DNA of 64,000 bases from the IMG/VR virus record IMGVR_UViG_2522572155_000001, positions 32,001-96,000 of that record. One strand, given 5' to 3'. The first letter of the stretch is position 1, and the number at the start of each line of letters is the position of its first letter. Positions 45,219 through 51,721 of this stretch are shown here, one piece after another. Position numbers and translations under genes: made by a program. Source of the DNA: a virus (taxonomy: Duplodnaviria > Caudoviricetes). Below the pieces are notes generated by a model that did no database searches, was not told the DNA's origin, and worked only from the letters and a program-made list of their open reading frames with translations.

Positions 45219-45839
45219 TTAGGAGAGGAAGAGCTTGCGCTCCGCTTCGCGACGGCTTGTGAGCCCGGGTAGCACACGGCTGCCTGCCATGTCCCAATCG
45301 AGCAGGTGGTTCGCCGCGCCCTTCCAGTCGTGCGAGCGCAGCGCGCGGCCGACGCCGGTATCCCGGTCGATGGCTCCGGGTCCGCAGTTGTAGACGAAGC
45401 TCACCAGGGCGTCGAACTGATGCTGGCTCAGCGGGAGGTGAAGGGCGGCGACCGGCGGGGCGTACTTGTGGTTGAGGTCTGTCTTGAGGAGAGCCGTCGC
45501 CTGCTTCTCGGTGATGTTCTTCGAGTTTGGGCCGACGCCGGACGTGTGACCGTAGCCGATGGTCCACACGCCCACGGCGTCGCGGTAGGGGTGATCTACG
45601 AAGCCCTCGAAGCGCTTGATGAGGGCGACGCCCGAGTCAGAGACCTTGGTGATGCGCTTGGCGGCAAGCTGCTTCTTGCGACGCTGCACCAACTCATGGG
45701 CGTTCTTGTACATCCCGTACCAGTAGGCCCGGCGCGGGGACTTGGAGTTCTTCTTGACATAGTCTCGCCAGTTCTTGTGGAAGCGAGACTCACGCTCTTC
45801 CCAGAGGGCGAGAGAGTGCTGTAGCTCGGTAACGGTCAT
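45219..45839 (-). CDS. endolysin, GH24 lysozyme
   Basis: IKRFEG..PYRDAVGVWTIGYGHT..FDALVSFVYNCG..GLTSRREAE. Confidence 0.92.
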   Translation of the reverse strand: MTVTELQHSLALWEERESRFHKNWRDYVKKNSKSPRRAYWYGMYKNAHELVQRRKKQLAAKRITKVSDSGVALIKRFEGFVDHPYRDAVGVWTIGYGHTSGVGPNSKNITEKQATALLKTDLNHKYAPPVAALHLPLSQHQFDALVSFVYNCGPGAIDRDTGVGRALRSHDWKGAANHLLDWDMAGSRVLPGLTSRREAERKLFLS

Positions 45840-45874
45840 GTCTATCCGTTACGACTTAGGTCGCGCCCGAAAAG

Positions 45875-45947
45875 TGGCTCTAGCAGGAGTCGAACCTGCG
45901 GCCTCTCCCTTATGAGGGGATCGCTCTGGCCTCTGAGCTATAGAGCC
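45875..45947 (-). tRNA. tRNA-Met/Ile2 (CAT)
   Basis: cloverleaf, loop CTCATAA. Confidence 0.85.
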
Positions 45948-45953
45948 GGTGAG

Positions 45954-46025
45954 AGCCGCGTGCGGGACTCGAACCCGCGATGCCTGCTTGGAAGGCAGGA
46001 GTGTTGGCCACTACACCAACGCGGC
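45954..46025 (-). tRNA. tRNA-Gly (TCC)
   Basis: cloverleaf, loop CTTCCAA. Confidence 0.9.
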
Positions 46026-46136
46026 GTGCAGAGAAACGGTGCTCTGATGCACCAGTTTCGCCTCGCGAGATTCTTACCTCCCGCGCCCTTCGGAAGAGGT
46101 GAAGGTCACCATCCATCTACCCGAAAGGGAAACATC

Positions 46137-46379
46137 ATGTCTCAGGTTGTCAAGCTCGACAGTCGCACGTTCGTAGCTGTCCCACAGCTAGCAATCGGCG
46201 CCCATACCATCGACGGATACGTGTTCGGCGGGATGCCGTACTACAACCCGGCGCCGGACTCCATTAGCGCCGTCACGATTTGGTGGAAGCTACTCGCGGA
46301 CCCGAGCTACGCGTCGTTGCCGCCGGTCACGTCGATCAGCGTGGAGACCACGGTCTCCGGTACCGTCAACCCGGTCTAG
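46137..46379 (+). CDS. hypothetical protein, antisense to the tRNA array
   Basis: RBS AAAGGGA; MSQVVKLDS... 80 aa. Confidence 0.65.
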   Translation: MSQVVKLDSRTFVAVPQLAIGAHTIDGYVFGGMPYYNPAPDSISAVTIWWKLLADPSYASLPPVTSISVETTVSGTVNPV

Positions 46380-46579
46380 GAGAAGATCCGAGCGATCTGC
46401 TCGTGCGTCGCTCCCTGGGCGAGATAGCGACGCACGTCGTGGTGACTGAGGGCGAAGCCGTCCAAGCCCTTTGCATCCACGAGGCTCATCACCTGGTCGT
46501 CAACGAAGCCGAGCGAGCGAAACGTCTCGCTACGGTACGCCCTGATCTTGTCACCATTGAGGTCGGTGGTACCTGCCAT
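46376..46579 (-). CDS. hypothetical protein
   Basis: ORF track. Confidence 0.5.
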   Translation of the reverse strand: MAGTTDLNGDKIRAYRSETFRSLGFVDDQVMSLVDAKGLDGFALSHHDVRRYLAQGATHEQIARIFS

Positions 46580-46583
46580 TCTA

Positions 46584-46655
46584 AGCTCCCTATCAGAATC
46601 GAACTGATTTCCCGGGGTTACAAGGCCCGTGCATCTCCATCAATGCTTAGGGAGC
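46584..46655 (-). tRNA. tRNA-Thr (TGT)
   Basis: cloverleaf, loop CTTGTAA. Confidence 0.8.
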
Positions 46656-46665
46656 GGGACGAGCC

Positions 46666-47199
46666 CTACTTCCTCGGGCTCTTCTTGTGTCGATGCAAGC
46701 GAGAAGCATGCGCGTTGAGTCGCCTGCGGGCGAGCTTCGCCGGGCTTGCTGCGAAGTTCACGTGGTGAGCCTCGGAGGCCGTGTGATACGGCTGGTGCAC
46801 CTTGTAGCCGTAGCGATGGAGCACGCGGAGTAGGTCATCCCATTCCGTAACGTCGAGACCTAGCTGATAGGGCCGGAGCTTGTGCCCGACGTGGCCGATG
46901 GTGCCATCTCCGAGCAGCAGGTGGGAGCCCTGGGTCGGTGGGTTCGCGGGCAGGAACCCGGGCAGGCGCTTCGTCCATCCGTTGAACAGGTACGCCTGGT
47001 CGTGAAGCTTGGTCTTGTGCCTCTTGTTGAACGACTTGATCGTGGATACGCGACGATCTGCCGAGACAAGGTGTCCCTTCCAGCCGTTGTTACGCGCGTC
47101 CTGGAGTGCCCATGCGAGGCCCCGGTAGACGGGCACATTGTCGAACTTGACGATGTGCCACGCCGGGTAGACCGTGCTCAGAAGCGGTAGGCGGCTCAT
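46666..47199 (-). CDS. peptidase M15-like cell-wall hydrolase
   Basis: DQAYLF..ANPP..SH..GLDV..EAHHV. Confidence 0.6.
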   Translation of the reverse strand: MSRLPLLSTVYPAWHIVKFDNVPVYRGLAWALQDARNNGWKGHLVSADRRVSTIKSFNKRHKTKLHDQAYLFNGWTKRLPGFLPANPPTQGSHLLLGDGTIGHVGHKLRPYQLGLDVTEWDDLLRVLHRYGYKVHQPYHTASEAHHVNFAASPAKLARRRLNAHASRLHRHKKSPRK

Positions 47200-47234
47200 G
47201 CCGCTTACGTGAGAGGCTCAACGATGAAGTAAGG

Positions 47235-47512
47235 TCACGCCCTATAGCCAGGATTCTGTCGTGGTCGATCATCTACCTCTGTATCGCGTATCGATACGCG
47301 ATACAGGCCACACCTTTACGTGGTGGCTGCCCTCAACCTTGCTCACCCCTGGTTGCCCTCGGGTGGCTATTGCGAGGTTGCACCCTGCCTCCCCACTGAG
47401 GTTCGAACGGCCGTAAGCCTCCCTCCGGAGGATCAGTATCTGCGACGAGGTTTGCCCCCGCCAGGGTGTCCTGAACTTCCTCTGGCCGAGGCCAGCGATC
47501 GACTAGGCGTGA
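47235..47512 (-). ncRNA. rnpB: RNase P RNA (compact, ~278 nt)
   Basis: P1 TCACGCC/GGCGTGA; P2 GTCGATC/GATCGAC; P3 CTGGCC/GGCCAG; GAGGAAGTTCAGGA pairs ACAGAATCCTGGCT (P4 with bulged U); CACCCTGG/CCAGGGGTG; GAGCAAG. Confidence 0.85.
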
Positions 47513-47513
47513 G

Positions 47514-47586
47514 AGCCCACGCGGGGATTCGAGCCCCGGACCTCTCCCTTACGAGGGGAGCGCTCTACCTGCTGAGCTACGTGGGC
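47514..47586 (-). tRNA. tRNA-Thr (CGT)
   Basis: loop CTCGTAA; T-loop reads CTCGAAT. Confidence 0.88.
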
Positions 47587-47591
47587 GTGCA

Positions 47592-47664
47592 AGCCACCAC
47601 AGGGAGTCGAACCCTGGACCCCTGCCTTACCATGGCAGTGCTCTGTCCTCTGAGCTATGGCGGC
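47592..47664 (-). tRNA. tRNA-Thr (GGT)
   Basis: loop ATGGTAA. Confidence 0.9.
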
Positions 47665-47667
47665 GTA

Positions 47668-47739
47668 AGGGGTATGTGGGAATCGAACCCACCTTTGCGA
47701 CATGGCAAGCCACCGTAATAGCCGATATACGAATACCCC
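47668..47739 (-). tRNA. tRNA-Gly (GCC)
   Basis: loop TTGCCAT. Confidence 0.85.
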
Positions 47740-47752
47740 TTGTCTACTGCTA

Positions 47753-47823
47753 GCGCCCCAACGAGGAATCGAACCTCGCATCTCGGATTCGAAGTCCAAG
47801 CGCCAGACACACTGGCAAGGGCG
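47753..47823 (-). tRNA. tRNA-Arg (TCG), irregular acceptor stem
   Basis: loop CTTCGAA, good T- and D-arms. Confidence 0.65.
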
Positions 47824-47827
47824 GAAG

Positions 47828-47900
47828 TGCCCCCTACTGGATTCGAACCAGTGACCTCGGCCGTCGCAGGGCCGCGCTCTATCCACTGAGCTAAGAGGGC
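47828..47900 (-). tRNA. tRNA-Arg (GCG)
   Basis: CGGCC-CTGCGAC-GGCCG. Confidence 0.9.
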
Positions 47901-47902
47901 AG

Positions 47903-47936
47903 AGGGTGGGGTCACACACCGCTAGGACCCCACCCT
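47903..47936. other. hairpin between HNH gene and tRNA
   Basis: AGGGTGGGGTC...GACCCCACCCT, 11-bp stem. Confidence 0.6.
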
Positions 47937-47937
47937 G

Positions 47938-48534
47938 CTACTGATCGAACCGGCCTTCGAGCCAGTCCTTTACGAGGCGAGCCTCGTATACCTGGTCATC
48001 GCCTTCCGCGAGCAATTCGATGATCTTCGGGTGCTCGCGACGAAGCTGTTCCAGGAGGCGACGGGCGTTCGCCCGTTCCTCCTGCGTGAGGTACCCCACG
48101 ATCGAGACGGTGTTATCTCTGTCGTGGAGGTCACGGTGGCAGTCGATGCACACAGGGATTGTGCACCGTGACCGGGCGGCGACCTGTACGTAGTTGGATA
48201 GCTCCCGCATCATCCAACGGTTGACGTAGTGGTGCCTCGTGGAGTCCCCAGGACGGCCGCAGCAGCGACATTCAGGCTGAACCTGTCTCAGCGCTCTGTA
48301 GGCGTTCCTGCGCTCTACGATCTCGGCCGGGGGAGTACCCTGGTCTAGGGCATCACGCAGAGCCTCCACGATTTGCCCTTGCGTCGGGTGCGTATCGAGC
48401 AAGTCGTCAAGCTCGATCCCCGTCACCGTGGTGAGGAGTTCAAGCTGCTCGTGCGTTGCCTTGCGGCCATTGGCCGAAGCGTCGTACCACCAGGTGTCCC
48501 CGGTGGGGAGAGTGATGGGACGGGCGCGTGACAT
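47938..48534 (-). CDS. HNH-like endonuclease within tRNA array
   Basis: CRCCG..TRHH..VCIDCHRDLH. Confidence 0.7.
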   Translation of the reverse strand: MSRARPITLPTGDTWWYDASANGRKATHEQLELLTTVTGIELDDLLDTHPTQGQIVEALRDALDQGTPPAEIVERRNAYRALRQVQPECRCCGRPGDSTRHHYVNRWMMRELSNYVQVAARSRCTIPVCIDCHRDLHDRDNTVSIVGYLTQEERANARRLLEQLRREHPKIIELLAEGDDQVYEARLVKDWLEGRFDQ

Positions 48535-48551
48535 TGTTCCTCACTGGTTAG

Positions 48552-48624
48552 TGCCGCGTACGGGAATCGAACCCGTGTTACCTACGTGAGAGGCAGGCGT
48601 CCTGGTCCACTAGACGAACGCGGC
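48552..48624 (-). tRNA. tRNA-Glu (CTC)
   Basis: loop CTCTCAC. Confidence 0.9.
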
Positions 48625-48631
48625 AGGTGGA

Positions 48632-48707
48632 GGGCGACCAGCGGGATTCGAACCCGTCGCTGCTGGAGTCACAGTCCAGAGTGCTAACCGCTGACACTAT
48701 GGCCGCC
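48632..48707 (-). tRNA. tRNA-His (GTG)
   Basis: loop CTGTGAC, G-1:C73. Confidence 0.9.
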
Positions 48708-48713
48708 ATGAAG

Positions 48714-48784
48714 CTGGGGAGCAAGGATTTGAACCTCAACTAACGGGGCCAAAACCCGTCGTGCTGCCGTTACACCACTCCCCA
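48714..48784 (-). tRNA. tRNA-Gln (TTG)
   Basis: loop TTTTGGC. Confidence 0.9.
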
Positions 48785-48798
48785 GTGGTTACTGCTGA

Positions 48799-48872
48799 TA
48801 GCGGGAGGAGGATTTGAACCTCCGACCTCCAGGTTATGAGCCTAGCGAGCTACCTGACTGCTCCATCCCGCA
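48799..48872 (-). tRNA. initiator-like tRNA-Met (CAT)
   Basis: fMet-like body, 1:72 mismatch, loop CTCATAA. Confidence 0.88.
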
Positions 48873-48887
48873 TGGGTGAACTGCAAG

Positions 48888-48962
48888 TACCCTCGCTCGG
48901 ATTCGAACCGAGACATGAACGGTGTTTGAAACCGCTACCTCTGCCAATTGGGCTACGAGGGC
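48888..48962 (-). tRNA. tRNA-Leu (CAA), short variable arm
   Basis: loop TTCAAAC. Confidence 0.88.
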
Positions 48963-48963
48963 A

Positions 48964-49035
48964 TAGGGCGACGGAGAATCGAACTCCGGCTACGGGGGTG
49001 AAAACCCAGCGGTCTGACCACTAACCTACCGCCCC
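48964..49035 (-). tRNA. tRNA-Glu (TTC)
   Basis: loop TTTTCAC. Confidence 0.85.
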
Positions 49036-49047
49036 AGGTACTTCGAG

Positions 49048-49122
49048 TGCACCCACGAGGATTTGAACCTCGGACCTCCGCCTTATCAGAGCGGCGCTCT
49101 AACCAAACTGAGCTATGAGTGC
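49048..49122 (-). tRNA. tRNA-Ile (GAT)
   Basis: loop CTGATAA. Confidence 0.9.
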
Positions 49123-49126
49123 AGAG

Positions 49127-49198
49127 TGGAACGCCCCGGAATCGAACCGGGTACACCGCGAGTTTCAGCCGCGTGCTCTACCGATGAGCTAGCGCTCC
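49127..49198 (-). tRNA. tRNA-Phe (GAA)
   Basis: loop CTGAAAC. Confidence 0.9.
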
Positions 49199-49201
49199 AG
49201 G

Positions 49202-49294
49202 TCAGGCCACGAGGCAAAGGGGGAGCCTCGTCTGAGCGGCGTCATGGGACATCCCGGACCGCCGCTAGCGTCTCGCGATCCCCTCGTGACCTGA
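49202..49294 (-). ncRNA. unassigned structured RNA
   Basis: 13-bp closing stem, inner AGCGGCG/CGCCGCT; fills the spacer between two tRNAs. Confidence 0.55.
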
Positions 49295-49296
49295 AG

Positions 49297-49369
49297 TGGA
49301 GCCTAAGGGGTTCGAACCCTTCACCTCCTGCTTGCAAGGCAGGCGCTCTCCCAACTGAGCTAAGGCCCC
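49297..49369 (-). tRNA. tRNA-Ala (TGC)
   Basis: loop CTTGCAA, G3:U70. Confidence 0.92.
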
Positions 49370-49530
49370 ATGTCGTCGCCAAACGATTCCCACTTGGCGA
49401 TTGCACCATCTTCGAGATAGACGCGCCACCAGCGCATCCTCACGATCCTTCCGTGCGTATCCCATTCGACCCACACGTGGAACTGAATTCGGTCGTACGT
49501 GGGATGGTCGATGACCACCATCTGCTCCAT
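49360..49530 (-). CDS. small hypothetical protein (56 aa) whose stop lies inside tRNA-Ala
   Basis: MEQMVVIDHPTYDRIQFHVWVEWD... Confidence 0.4.
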   Translation of the reverse strand: MEQMVVIDHPTYDRIQFHVWVEWDTHGRIVRMRWWRVYLEDGAIAKWESFGDDMGP

Positions 49531-49547
49531 GCACAAACGTAGTCGGA

Positions 49548-49634
49548 CGGAGAGAGGGAGATTCGAACTCCCGAGACACTTTCGTGTCTACCGTCTTTCC
49601 AGGACGGGCCGTTCAGCCACTCCGGCACCTCTCC
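49548..49634 (-). tRNA. tRNA-Ser (GGA)
   Basis: long variable arm, loop CTGGAAA. Confidence 0.92.
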
Positions 49635-49637
49635 AAG

Positions 49638-49721
49638 CGGAAGCAGAGGGAATCGAACCCCCGACGCTGTCACACGCAGCCGGGTTCAAACCGGTGTCCT
49701 CGTCCATGCCGGACTACTTCC
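49638..49721 (-). tRNA. tRNA-Ser (TGA)
   Basis: loop TTTGAAC, atypical D-arm. Confidence 0.8.
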
Positions 49722-49724
49722 GTA

Positions 49725-49796
49725 AGGCGGGGAGGGGAATCGAACCCCTGTAACGCGCTTTGCAGGCGCGCACATAAGCCACTCTGTCACCCCGCC
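49725..49796 (-). tRNA. tRNA-Cys (GCA)
   Basis: loop CTGCAAA, U73. Confidence 0.92.
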
Positions 49797-49852
49797 GGGT
49801 GTGGACAAGCAGCAGTTTAGCAGTAGCGAATGCCCTGCACGCTACAGATAAG

Positions 49853-49924
49853 CTGGCCCGGGAGGATTCGAACCCCCGACATCCCGAGTAACAGTCGGGC
49901 GTTCTGCCACTGAACTACGGGCCA
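49853..49924 (-). tRNA. tRNA-Asn (GTT)
   Basis: loop CTGTTAC. Confidence 0.9.
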
Positions 49925-49943
49925 GTAGTTAGGTGCTGGTAGG

Positions 49944-50017
49944 TGGACCGTCCGGGATTCGAACCCGGATAGCAAGGGTAAGAGCCAAGTATGTTATCCA
50001 GTTGACATCAACGGTCC
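49944..50017 (-). tRNA. tRNA-Lys (CTT)
   Basis: loop CTCTTAC; two U-U mismatches in anticodon stem. Confidence 0.75.
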
Positions 50018-50021
50018 GATA

Positions 50022-50109
50022 CGGAAGGAGAGGGAGTCGAACCCTCGGTACCCGGTTAGGGCACACTCGCTTAGCAGGCGAGCCTATTCGGCCTCTCTAG
50101 CATCCTTCC
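50022..50109 (-). tRNA. tRNA-Ser (GCT)
   Basis: long arm, loop CTGCTAA. Confidence 0.9.
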
Positions 50110-50111
50110 AG

Positions 50112-50183
50112 TGCCCCCGAGAGGACTCGAACCTCCAGCCTAACCCTTAGGAGGGGTTCGCTCTTCCGTTGAGCTACAGGGGC
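50112..50183 (-). tRNA. tRNA-Arg (CCT)
   Basis: loop CTCCTAA. Confidence 0.9.
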
Positions 50184-50191
50184 GAAGATTG

Positions 50192-50322
50192 CCCACCAAG
50201 GCTTGTCCGCTTGCCTGTCCTCCGTGCGGAGGAGATCGGTCCTGACCGCAGACATGTATCCGATCTTTCAGTCTGCGGGTAGGCGGTTTCGCCTGGCTCG
50301 TAACCGATCCAGGTCGGGTGGG
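50192..50322 (-). ncRNA. unassigned multi-stem RNA
   Basis: CCCACC/GGTGGG, GATCGGT/ACCGATC, AGGCG/CGCCT, CCGCAGAC/GTCTGCGG, TCCTCCG/CGGAGGA. Confidence 0.6.
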
Positions 50323-50328
50323 ACTTAG

Positions 50329-50709
50329 TGGAGGCGCCGGGAGTCGAACCCGGGTGTTCCGTGCGCGTATCTCGCCAGTCTTTCAGCAGCTTAGGCCGTA
50401 GGTGGCCATCCACAATCTAAGGACACAGGCTAGCTGTGTCTCCACCACCTGCTCGATACGGTCGAGCAGGAAACCGGCCCTCCGTTTAGGAGGGCGTCAC
50501 CCGGAGTTCTGGTCCTAGGCCCCGGGAGCCCGCGCCGTAGGTTACGCTACGGCTAGAAGTGCTTCCAGTTCGTCCTCGACGGTCATAGTGACCTCGGACG
50601 GCATGGAAGCGATGATGTTCTCGCCAGTTATGGCTTGTGGCAGGTAGGTGTGCCGACCGCTGCACTGCTCGGGACTGCATCTCACGGAGTCGAAGCCATG
50701 TTCGCCCCC
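50329..50709 (-). ncRNA. ssrA: tmRNA
   Basis: 5' GGGGGCGAACATGGCTTCGAC; 3' CCCGGGTTCGACTCCCGGCGCCTCCA; G3:U; tag ORF 50542-50625. Confidence 0.92.
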
Positions 50710-50713
50710 AGGA

Positions 50714-50778
50714 GGTTCGCCACTCCGACCACCCTTCGCGGGTGGACCCGGAGCGCTCGAAGTCTCCGGCTGCGAACC
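50714..50778 (-). ncRNA. small three-way-junction RNA
   Basis: GGTTCGC/GCGAACC, CCGGAG/CTCCGG, CCACCC/GGGTGG. Confidence 0.45.
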
Positions 50779-50779
50779 A

Positions 50780-50852
50780 TGTACCCCACAGGGCTCGAAC
50801 CTGTGACCTCGTGCCTGTCAAGCACGTGCTCTCCCAACTGAGCTAGGGGTAC
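50780..50852 (-). tRNA. tRNA-Val (GAC)
   Basis: loop TTGACAG. Confidence 0.9.
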
Positions 50853-50855
50853 GGA

Positions 50856-50928
50856 TGCGCGGTGACGGACTCGAACCGCCGACCTACCGGGTGTAAACCG
50901 GTCGCTCTCCCAACTGAGCTAACCGCGC
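50856..50928 (-). tRNA. tRNA-Val (TAC)
   Basis: loop TTTACAC. Confidence 0.92.
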
Positions 50929-50937
50929 GAGGTATAG

Positions 50938-51009
50938 CAGGGGATACAGGACTCGAACCCGTAGCCTCGGTTTTGGAGACCGAGATGTTCGCCTTTACAC
51001 CAATCCCCT
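50938..51009 (-). tRNA. tRNA-Trp (CCA)
   Basis: loop CTCCAAA. Confidence 0.9.
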
Positions 51010-51014
51010 GGGAG

Positions 51015-51088
51015 CGGTAGTGACGGGGCTCGAACCCGCGACCTCTGCCGTGACAGGGCAGCGCTCTAACCAACTGAGCTACACCACC
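51015..51088 (-). tRNA. tRNA-Asp (GTC)
   Basis: loop CTGTCAC, G73. Confidence 0.92.
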
Positions 51089-51099
51089 AGGTACTTCTA

Positions 51100-51174
51100 T
51101 CAGGATGAGAGGATTCGAACCTCCGACTTCTCGCTCCCGAAGCGAGCGCTCTGGCCAGACTGAGCTACACCCTG
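51100..51174 (-). tRNA. tRNA-Pro (CGG)
   Basis: loop TTCGGGA. Confidence 0.92.
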
Positions 51175-51186
51175 TTACCGCGTAAG

Positions 51187-51268
51187 TACACCCGGAGAGA
51201 TTCGAACTCTCAATCCCGAAGGCACTGGTTCCTAAGACCAGCGTGTATGCCAGTTCCACCACGGGTGC
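51187..51268 (-). tRNA. tRNA-Leu (TAG)
   Basis: loop CTTAGGA, long arm. Confidence 0.9.
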
Positions 51269-51271
51269 ATA

Positions 51272-51337
51272 AGCGACGAGGCCGAGGGAGGGAAGGGACC
51301 TGGAGGTGCAAACCATGAACCAGGGGGCCTCGTCGCT
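51272..51337 (-). ncRNA. unassigned hairpin RNA with C/U-rich internal loop
   Basis: AGCGACGAGGCC/GGCCTCGTCGCT perfect 12-bp stem; loop TCCCTTCCCTCCCTC. Confidence 0.55.
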
Positions 51338-51339
51338 AG

Positions 51340-51420
51340 CGCGCCCTCAAGGAATCGAACCTCGCCAGCAATTGCAACCGGGTTACAGCCGGTCGGGAAC
51401 TCCAGTTCCCCATAGAGCGC
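51340..51420 (-). tRNA. atypical tRNA with GTA (Tyr) anticodon
   Basis: loop CTGTAAC; 6-bp D-stem with 4-nt loop. Confidence 0.75.
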
Positions 51421-51425
51421 GAATG

Positions 51426-51530
51426 ACGCAGGCTCACTGATTCGGGCGCGACCACGGAGCAACTAGACCCCAGCTAGGCTTGGGGGCCATGCGGTATTTC
51501 ACCGCTGCACTCAGGAGGATTACCCTGCGT
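51426..51530 (-). ncRNA. unassigned structured RNA
   Basis: ACGCAGG/CCTGCGT closing stem; GCGGT-GAAAT-ACCGC; GGCCCC/GGGGTC. Confidence 0.5.
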
Positions 51531-51566
51531 TGAGACGTTGATATGTACCGGTGTCTCAGACCGGAG

Positions 51567-51638
51567 TGTCCTCCAAGGGACTCGAACCCTTGACGATGCC
51601 CTTAGAAGGGGCGCGCTCTGCCGCTGAGCTAGGAGGAC
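51567..51638 (-). tRNA. tRNA-Arg (TCT), first tRNA of the array
   Basis: loop CTTCTAA. Confidence 0.9.
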
Positions 51639-51689
51639 GACTTGCATGAGAACGTCATCGGCCGGGGCCGGGCGAACTCCTATGTCGAG

Positions 51690-51721
51690 AGAAAGAAAAG
51701 GCCCGCTCGAATGGCGGGCCT
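51690..51721 (-). terminator. intrinsic terminator (attenuator) in the tRNA-array leader
   Basis: AGGCCCGC-CATTCGA-GCGGGCCT-TTTCTTTCT. Confidence 0.85.

Noticed and set aside
49202-49294. SRP (4.5S) RNA or 6S RNA assignment
   Set aside because: Lacks the CAGG-GNRA-AGCA helix-8 motif and is too short for 6S; kept as unassigned
51488-51510. Resemblance of GTGCAGCGGTGAAAT to the 16S rRNA 690 loop
   Set aside because: Match is short and the flanks are not rRNA-like
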